A stretch of 64,000 nt of DNA from Bispira polyomma (taxonomy: Eukaryota), in NCBI GenBank assembly GCA_965649765.1, contig OZ287754.1, positions 23,746,001 through 23,810,000 on the forward strand, written 5' to 3'. Shown piece after piece: positions 55,594-64,000 of this stretch. The position numbers and the translations under genes were made by a program. The notes beneath the pieces were generated by a model. It saw only the letters and a list, made by a program, of their open reading frames with translations, did not search any database and was not told where the DNA came from. Within the stretch, counting starts at the first letter, position 1. Every line of letters starts with the position of its first letter.

Positions 55594-55848
55594 TCAGCAG
55601 TTTTTATAAGGATTCCAGACATTAGGATTTGGAGGTTGTTGCCCAGTTTCTTCCATTGTCTTGTATACATGTAGATAGTCCTGGTCGCCAGCGGTCTGCA
55701 AGCATTCATAGGTAGTGGGGCCTTTCTTTTCCATCTCATTCAAGTGGTCCATATTCTTGTAGATGTGGTTATCCAACTGGTTCCCATTTCTCTTCAGTGA
55801 CTCATAGGTTGTTGTTGTCACATCCTTCTTTTGTATGACGTCATTATA
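55594..55848 (-). CDS. D8C receptor terminal exon (tyrosine motifs)
   Basis: T-rich tract then gaaaag|TATAAT; 255 nt ending TGA; contains YESL, YKNM, YECL, YLHV, YKTM, YKNC. Confidence 0.8.
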   Translation of the reverse strand, partial: YNDVIQKKDVTTTTYESLKRNGNQLDNHIYKNMDHLNEMEKKGPTTYECLQTAGDQDYLHVYKTMEETGQQPPNPNVWNPYKNC

Positions 55849-58800
55849 CTTTTCAAAAAGTGACAAAAAATAAATAAAAAAAATAATAACTAAAAAATAA
55901 ATAAACAAAAATAGTTCATGCGTCGAACAACTCCTAGTCTATGGCAAATTTTACTGAATAAGGAGAAATAATGCATATATTTATATGGCTAGCTAGTTCA
56001 AAAATAGACTTATATATTTATATAAGGAGATATTTATTAATTGTGGTCCCCCGGTGGTCTAGGGGTTAGGGGGTTGGTCTGATGATCAGAAGGAAATGGG
56101 AACGACTAGTTTTATTGATGGGATAACATCCTTTGAGCAAGATGTGCACACACGTTTGCCTAGTGGCTTGGATGACCACTTAAAATGGGGGTCCTCTCTT
56201 AGTAGGTCCTTCCCCAGTGGCAGGCTAACGATTCCTTGGGGACGTTAATAAATGGCAATATACAAGTCTCTCTCTTCAGTTAGAAGAATGACAGTGACTA
56301 AGGTAGTTGACTGTTGCAGTTAGGAAAGGGTAAATTAGTGCTCTGAATACCAGATGAAGGTAGATAAATGCGCTGAGTATAAATCTGATTCCAATTACAA
56401 TTGTATAGAATCTGGAACTGATCTATATAACCTTGTACCCACCTCGGGCAGAGGTTCTGCAAGATGTTTCTCCCCAAATAAAAATCTAATTTAGATTGAA
56501 ACTTGGATGATGCTTTGCTCAATGGGACATTACTTTCGGGATTTGAATTTATTAAAATTTTTAAGCCAGTGCTTTTTTTTTTTTTTTTTTTTGGGGGGGG
56601 GGGGGATTTAGTGCTGGAGCACTGTAAATCACGGACAAACGACAAGTACCTGACAAACTTTTGCATGTGAAGAAGGAAGAAGGAAGGGATTCGATCTCCA
56701 GAGGTGAGAGACCAGTGATTTTAAAGCAGACGCTTATAACCACTAGGCCACTGCGGGCCCCCATTACTTTAAGATAAGAAACCCTTATATATTATTGAAG
56801 CATTTATACAGTGCCCTATTGCTATATCATCCTCTCGGGGATAGTCATGCCACATAGCCTGGTTCATCAACACAAGGCAATGATGCATTTACATCTTGCC
56901 CAAGGATGTCATTTCACCAATGAACCTAGTGGCATTGGCAGGGGTCAAACTAGGGACATATTTTCCAATCTCCAGACCAAATTTATGGTCACCTGGTTAT
57001 AACATTTAAACAATATTTATATGATAAGACTCCTAACAAAATTAACGTATCTTAAACCAGCCGGCCAGTTTTGACCTACGAGACATTTAGGATATAGTCA
57101 TTTGAATTTGAAGGATAAACTAGTTATAGTAATTTTTATAACATAATTAAGTGATTGTGTTCCAAGAGTGCACAGTATATTGTTCAAAGCCTTTCATTAT
57201 GCTAGTTTTAGACATACATGTATGTACTTCTGCCACAGACATGACACCATTACCTGCTTTAGTTTACCCATGCCTTAATCACTTGTTTTTTTAATTGTGC
57301 CAAGATTGTCTAGAAATCTTAATGGGAGTTAAGTCTGGTTTGATGCCATTCCAAACTTACCAAAACAGCCATGTTGTTGTTGTTATATTATTACCTGGAA
57401 ATCATCTATATTGTGGTAGACGCCTTCTTCTGCATTGTCTTTCCCTGGCAAGTAATCATTGGAAACCACAGACAGTGTAGGTCTTACTGAATGCTGCTTA
57501 TCTGTCTTTGGTAGGGAACCCGGATGGCTGAGGTGACCAAAAACAATAAGACACTTCACCTGTATCTTAGATTCTGATTAGTTAGAAAGCATGGCAAATA
57601 CATCATGGATCCTCTTATCAAGAGTTGTCTTATAAAAAACGTTGATATTGCCACTATATATACTGAGGCCTACTTGGCACCCCCTACAAATATTAATCTG
57701 ACACTCCCTTGGACGAGTTTATTATTTCCAGCCAATCCATGAAGACCTTACATATTATTTCTAAAAAAAGTAGCCTCTTATTTGGTGGCGCTATCTTCAC
57801 AATGAAAACAACGGCATAGCCTGACAAAAACTACTAACAAAACTTCTGTCAGTTATATGAATGGTACTACACTTCAAAACTACACTTTAGAAGATACCTT
57901 GCATCAAATAAGGCGCATTATAAAAATACATCACAATACGTAATAATTGTTCCAGGCTACTAATTAGATCTGTGTAATAAATGTATTCCAACTATGGTAA
58001 GTTAATATTTATATGTGTGTTAGATTACATATACCATTATAAACATTGTGTACAGCAATGAATAGGATAGTAATAAGAAGGTTCAAGTTTAGCCACATTA
58101 CTCCTGTTTTAAAAAAAACCCTCCACTGGCTGCCTATTGAATATAAGAACAATATGCTATGTTAGTCTATAAATATCTCAACTCAGGTCTCCCTCAGTAT
58201 TTTAGTCCTTACTTGTCTCCCTATACAAGGCGTAGTAATGTCCCTACCTTTGTACCATCAGTTCACAAGTTAAAAAGACATTTTAACAATAGTTTCTCAT
58301 ATGATGCTCCTAAGCTGTGGAATTGTCTGCCTCATGATACTTGCACTGCCTCCTCACTTGCCTGTTTTAGGAAAAAGCTCAAAACCTACCTATTTAGCAA
58401 GGCTTTTCCACCTTACCTTTTTCTGGTGTCTCTGTGGTCACAACCCCTGTACGTCCGATGGCTATATGAAATTGTCAAATGATTTTGTGTCTCATGCGCC
58501 TTAGAATCTGCTAAGACAGAGATAAGCACTATAAAAGTTAGATTAGATTAGATAGATTACAGCAAGAGGTAAACCCTTACCCCTCTCCCACCTCCTTGTG
58601 GGGCTTCTTCCTGCAGCACCAGATAGCAACTCCTGCTATCACTACCAGTATCAACACCACTATAACAGCCACCAGAGCTGCAATGATTACAGTTGTGTTG
58701 TCGGTTTTACCATCATTCTCATCTTCACCTGATACAAATTGACCATCAGAATCTGGGATTTGTTTGGAAATGGTAGAGCTTTGCACAATGACCCCAGCAA

Positions 58801-61800
58801 GACTAGTTCCTTCGAACGACACGCTCACGGATGATTCATGTATGGATGTTACATATGTAGCTTGGGTTGATGCTTCTGCTGTTGGAGTAGTTACTGGTTC
58901 AGTGAGTTGCTCTGTTGTAGAAGTTATGCTTTTATCTTCTTCAGTATGTATGGATGTTATATCTGTGGATTGGGTTGATGATTCTATTGTCTTGCTACCT
59001 TGTGGAATGTTTACTGAGCAGTATGCCATCTCACAGGAAGGCGGCGGCTTTAATTGGTACACATATGACAGTGTGGTGGGCATACTAGAGTTTACACACA
59101 GCTTCACCTGAATAGTCTCTGTCCAGAAGTGACAGTCTCCAAAATAGCTCCCAGACACAGTGGCCGTGACTGGTCCAGGCTCCTCAACTAAAATAGATGG
59201 TTATGGAGTTAATTTAGGGATCAGAAGGCCTTGGGTTCAACTGCCAGTTGGGGAGTTGACTTGGTGATTGCAAGGTTCCAGGTTCGACTCCTGCTAAATG
59301 TCACCTAGGTTAATCGGTGGGATAAAAAGCTTGGGCAAGATGTCAACACGTCATTGCCTACTGCTATCAACCCAGGTTATGTTGTAGGACACTTGATTGG
59401 TTGATTGATTCAGTTGTTGCACTTTAGAAGATGCCTGGCATCAGTAAGGCATTTTAAAAATCCAAAATACTATACAATTTAGATTAACCTTTGGGTTTAA
59501 TGCCCCTTTCAAGTTTAAACACGTCTTATGTTGTATGTTATTCTATGTTCCTAAACCACATATACAACAGCTACAGTTTGTCAGTCAGGAGCATTTCAAA
59601 GTCTACACAAGGAGTCAAAAATGCAAATACTAAAAAAAAGATATCCAATGGCAGCCTAGGAATGCTTGGGGAGAACATTCCCTCATGGTCAAGCTAATTA
59701 TAATCAAATTAAAATCATATATATTAAATTAAAAAATGGTTTATTTTCCCTTACTAGTATGAAAGAATTCAAATGTTTTGTTACTCTGTAAAATTGTTAT
59801 ATTTTATGTTTTGTAACAATGTGCACAATCTACCCTGCGAGGTCTAGTGTTTTGTAAAGTCCCTGAGAGAAGGTTGCAACATCTCCCCTCTGCGTAGGGT
59901 GTCTAAAAAATGTTTTTAATAGGAGAAATTAACCTTTTTTATAAATATATATATATATAACAACAGCAAAAGTAATTTAGGAGAGGGATATAAATAAATA
60001 TTTAAATGACTGTAGATTCAGGGGTAGTTTTCTATTCTAGAATACTGCCCTTCCTCTATTTGAGGACATAAAAAGACTTAAAAATAAGTGACATACAGTA
60101 TCAATATGCAGCTATCATCTGTATCAAAGGATGCAGATGATAGCTGTACAACAAACATACTATAATATCCTAGTGTATGTGTGCGCATTCATAACTTGTG
60201 CTACCGGGATTTCCACTTTAGCTCAACTGTTAAGCGTTTGTCTTGTGAGCGACAGGTCCACAGATTGAAACATGCCCGAGCTGTATAATTTCATTTCATT
60301 CTTGCACAATACTGCACATCAACTTACTTGTGGGGTGTTGACCATCCAAGTACAGTGTTGCCATGGTGCCGCAGTGGAAAACAGGGGTACATGACTCCGC
60401 CATCCGGTCACCTGGTGCATGCTCCAGGCTGTACCAATAACCTGAAGGCAGGTAAAACAGGAGTGGTTGAAATGTGTATTCTGTGTCTGAAGGGCCATAG
60501 TTATCAAATGTCTTAAACTCACAATCATCTCAGAAATATATCCCGCCATATCTTTGCATGAAAATGATGTCTAAATTGTAAAGACATATTTGAGTTCCTT
60601 GCTGCTGGAATTTCTTATAAATGAATAGTAAAATGTCCAGGTTACTGATCACATATAATATGGAAAATCTATACATGTGGTTTGAGTTTAAGTATAAGTT
60701 TACGACCTTTGATAAATACGGGCCCTGGACAAACAAGGGTATAAAACCTGATGGTATGTACTTTCTTCCAGAACACTGGAAATACATAAGACAAATTTGA
60801 ATTAAGTAGGTATTGGAAATAATACATAAACATCAACCAATCTCTGGTATCTGGTTTATGTTTTGGTGTGCTTTAGCATCCGCTAGGCTCAATCCTGTAC
60901 ATGTCACAACTATTGATGTTACTTACCAGGGACAATCCTGTACACGTCACAACTATTTATATTACATACCAGGGACAATCCTATACATGTCACAACTATT
61001 GGTATTACATACCAAGGACAATCCTGCACACATCACAACTGATAATATTACATACCAGGGACAATCCTTAGCACGTCAAAACTATTAATATTACAAACCA
61101 TGGACAATCCTATACACGTCACAACTAATAATATTACATACCAGGGACAATCCTGTACACGTCACAACTATTAATATTACATACCAAGGACAATCCTGTA
61201 CATGTCACAATTATTGATATTACATATCAGGGACAATCCTGTACACGTCACAACTATTGATATTACATACCAGGGACAATCCTGCACACGTCACAACTGA
61301 TAATATTACATACCAGGGACAATCCTTTACACGTCACAACTATTGGTATTACATACCAGGGATAATGCTGTACACGTCACAATTATTAATATTACATACC
61401 AGGGACAATCCTGTACACGTTACAACTATTAATATTACAAACACCAGGGACAATCCTGTACACGTCAAAACTATTAATATTACATACCAGGGACAATCCT
61501 GTACATGTCACAATTATTGATATTACATATCAGGGACAATCCTGTACACGTCACAACTATTGGTATTACATACCAGGGATAATCCTGTACACATCACAAT
61601 TATTAATATTACATATGAGGGACAATCCTGTACACGTCACAACTACTTATATTACATACCAGGGACAATCCTTTACACGTCACAACTATTTATATTACAT
61701 ACCAGGGTCAATCCTTTACACGTCACAACTATTTATATTACATACCAGGGTCAATCCTGTACACGTCACAACTATTTATATTACATACCAGGGTCAATCC

Positions 61801-62446
61801 TTTACATGTCACAACTATTGGTATTACATACCAGGGCCAATCCTATACATGTCACAACTATTGGTATTACATACCAGGGACAATCCTGTACACGTCACAA
61901 CTATTAATATTACATACCAGGGATAATCCTATACACGTCACAACTATTGATATTACATACCAGGGACAATCCTGTACACGTCACAACTAATAATATTACA
62001 TTCCAGGGACAATCGTGTACACGTCTCAACTATTGTTATGACATACCAGGGATAATGCTGTACACGTCACAATTATTGATATTACATACCAGGGACAATC
62101 CTGTACATATTACAACTATTAATATTACAAACACCAGGGACAATCCTGTATACGTCACAACTATTAATATTACATACCAGGGACAATCCTATACTCGTCA
62201 CAACTATTAATATTACATACCAGGGACAATCCTATACATGTCACAACTATTAATGTTACATACCAGGGACAATCCTATACATGTCACAGCTATTAATATT
62301 ACATACCAGGGACATACCAGGGATAATCCTGTGCGCGTCACAGAGGTAAGAGTCCCCTGACTCATCATTTTCCACTGATCTTCTGGCATCACTGATGTTA
62401 ATGGCTTCTGAGCAAGGATCTGAGGCTGTCACTATGGATAGAGCAC
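55594..62446 (-). CDS. Multi-exon gene (5' partial): UMOD/GP2/OIT3-like D8C (D10C) domain single-pass receptor with mucin stalk and tyrosine-motif tail, ~410 aa visible; join 62446-62318, 60441-60328, 59187-58581, 57527-57395, 55848-55594
   Basis: All five exons have AG/GT ends and compatible phases (1,1,2,0) with no stops. The spliced product reads DPC..ISDARRSV..LCD..GYWY..G.RM.ESC...HCGT....LDGQHP...V...C....IQVKLC....YVYQL.PP.SCEMAYC, the D8C pattern. Confidence 0.88.
57395..57527 (-). CDS. D8C receptor exon D (cytoplasmic)
   Basis: cacctcag|CCATCCG...TTCCAG|gtaata; 133 nt; HPGSLPKTDKQHSVRPTLSVVSNDYLPGKDNAEEGVYHNIDDFQ. Confidence 0.75.
58070..58560 (+). mobile_element. L2/CR1-clade LINE 3' end, intronic and antisense to the receptor gene
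   Basis: HITPVL..LHWLPI..., LVYKYL, FSYDAPKLWNCLP, FRKKLKTYLFSKAF motifs, then a 3' UTR and (gatta)n tail. Confidence 0.85.
58581..59187 (-). CDS. D8C receptor exon C (D8C C-terminal part, Ser/Thr/Glu stalk, TM, CCRKK)
   Basis: attttag|TTGAGGAG...GAGGG|gtaagg; 607 nt; TM VIIAALVAVIVVLILVVIAGVAIW. Confidence 0.9.
60328..60441 (-). CDS. D8C receptor exon B (not in the ORF-track frame)
   Basis: cttcag|GTTATTGG...CCCACAA|gtaagt; 114 nt; GYWYSLEHAPGDRMAESCTPVFHCGTMATLYLDGQHPT. Confidence 0.9.
60891..62342. repeat. 43-bp minisatellite (~33 copies) derived from the exon A/intron junction
   Basis: Unit cataccagggacaatcctgtacacgtcacaactattaatatta; its reverse complement is TGTGACGTGTACAGGATTGTCCCTG|GTATGT..., matching the exon end TGTGACGCGCACAGGATTATCCCTG|GTATGT. 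Confidence 0.95.
62318..62446 (-). CDS. D8C receptor exon A (end of signal peptide, D8C N-terminal part)
   Basis: ggcaacag|GTGCT...ATCCCTG|gtatgt; 129 nt; GALSIVTASDPCSEAINISDARRSVENDESGDSYLCDAHRIIP. Confidence 0.85.
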
Positions 62447-64000
62447 CTGTTGCCATAGAAACAAGAACACATTGGCATTGTTTGTTATTTATGTATTATA
62501 TCATATTCACATTGTTTGTATTGTTGTACTGACAAAATATTGAATAAAAGTGTTACTTTCAAGACAGAGAAATACAAAGAAAAAGCAATCTTTCCCAGAA
62601 TCCCTGGTACATCAGTCCCATTGTACACATTCAAACAATACGAAACACATGAGAGGCTAAATGTATTCTTGCAGTAATAGGACATTACATTTCTTACATT
62701 TAGACCATAATATACTCTTGAGAACAAATTTGTGGTAGCATTTTTAATATAACATGTTTGTTTTTTTGTCTTGTTATATTGTCTATGTATTGATGTAATT
62801 GGTCTGTTTGTAAAATTGTCACCTATATTGTCCATTTGTTTATATGTGTATGTACTGTGTAATGTAAAAAAAAGCAACGATTAAAAACAACAAAAAAACA
62901 TAAAACAAATGAGAAGCTACAATATTGTAAACAACAGACATAACTTTGCTCTCCTGTAAACTTGTTAAGAGGCTTGCTACTGCTGGGATTCATTCCACGG
63001 ACTTTGCCGATCTTAAGATTAATAGTCCAGTACACTATCAGTTAAGCTAAAGCTGGGGAACAATTGCCAAACTAGGAAGGGGGAGAAGGAGGAGAGGAGG
63101 GGGGAGAGGAGGGGAGAGGGAAAAAAAGGAAGAGAAAAAAAAAAGAAAAAGGGAATATCCCCACTTTCCAGAATCTGGAATTCTTCCCCATAACTTAATT
63201 TTTTCTTGCTTATTACATGTTTTTCTACAGTAAATATATTGCAGTAGCTTTCCTCTAATTTGATTGGCCAATAAGTATATATTTTACTTCTCACTCATTG
63301 GCTTAAAATCTGTCAATAACAATTGGGCACTACATTTGATGATAGGGACAATGCTTTAAACGCCAAATTCAAGTTATTTCAACACTTCTTAAGTCCTGAC
63401 ACCTGTTTTGTACTATTATTCTTATTAAATATATAAATTTAAATTTAATGCAGGAAAACATTCCTCAACATTCTATTGAGCAAGTAAGAGACATGTCATA
63501 AATCTATTTGAAATTTATGATATTATTTTGGTTTTTCATACTTTCCAACAAGGAAGGTTACGTATTTGACACATGATAAAACCTCACAATGTATTTCAAT
63601 AGATTTTAGATTTTCTATGTGCACAGTCATTTAGAGAAATACAATTGGGTATCAAACTTTGTGAAATATTTCTTTACAATTGAACAAACACAGGTTTTTT
63701 GGCCTAAATAAATCAAGCACTCTTTTTAATGTAGAGTTTAATTTTGTGGAAACAAATAGGGTTTTAAAAAAATAGACTTTGCAGGCAAAATTTGTAATTG
63801 TAGAAAATCTTTTCTAAAACATTTTCTAAATTTTGAAAAGTGACATCATCATTATTAACAAGAGACAATCTCCCATTAAATACGTCTACAGTCAATTATA
63901 TCATTAGGTAGCCCAAGGTTTAAACCTAGTTTTTGGTTTGTATTTTTAATGTTAATGGTTTTGCTTTTATAGGGCCACAATGGATGACCAGGCATCCTCT

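Noticed and set aside
58159-58482. 107-aa ORF as a host gene
   Set aside because: It is the C-terminal remnant of a LINE ORF2.
58764-59111. + strand 115-aa ORF (and the similar antisense ORFs 1355-1627, 1476-1679, 2784-3014)
   Set aside because: Antisense shadows of the receptor exons.
60813-62210. Overlapping + strand ORFs (LHTRDNPVHVTT repeats)
   Set aside because: Artefacts of the 43-bp unit cycling through frames, antisense to an intron.
62447-62456. ATG at 62456 as the receptor start
   Set aside because: It lies inside a good acceptor (ttcttgtttctatggcaacag) and gives too short a hydrophobic leader; an upstream phase-1 signal exon, not found in the window, is more likely.

Overview
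This is AT-rich eukaryotic (animal) genomic DNA, not prokaryotic. Spliceosomal GT-AG introns, tRNA-derived SINEs, L2/CR1-type LINE ends, Helentron-type elements and MITEs point to an invertebrate, probably mollusc-like (inference). Two spliced genes for single-pass, tyrosine-motif receptors face each other tail-to-tail about 52 kb apart. (1) On the + strand (504-~3235) is a multiply disabled receptor gene: unknown ectodomain, Ser/Thr stalk, TM, Tyr-rich tail. (2) On the - strand (62446-55594, five exons visible, signal-peptide exon not found) is an apparently intact gene with a uromodulin/GP2/OIT3-type D8C (D10C) domain, a mucin-like stalk, a TM helix with juxtamembrane CC and a tail with duplicated ITAM-like YxxL-x11-YxxM modules, but no ZP domain. 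Its first visible exon/intron junction has been amplified into a ~33-copy 43-bp minisatellite, so the intron begins with an array of 5' splice donors. The DNA between the genes is mostly repeats: a 9-kb 52-bp satellite with fold-back modules, about nine copies of a young ~250-bp SINE, a 1.4-kb tandem duplication, a G-rich tract and many MITE/LINE fragments. All calls are by eye; no database searches were run.
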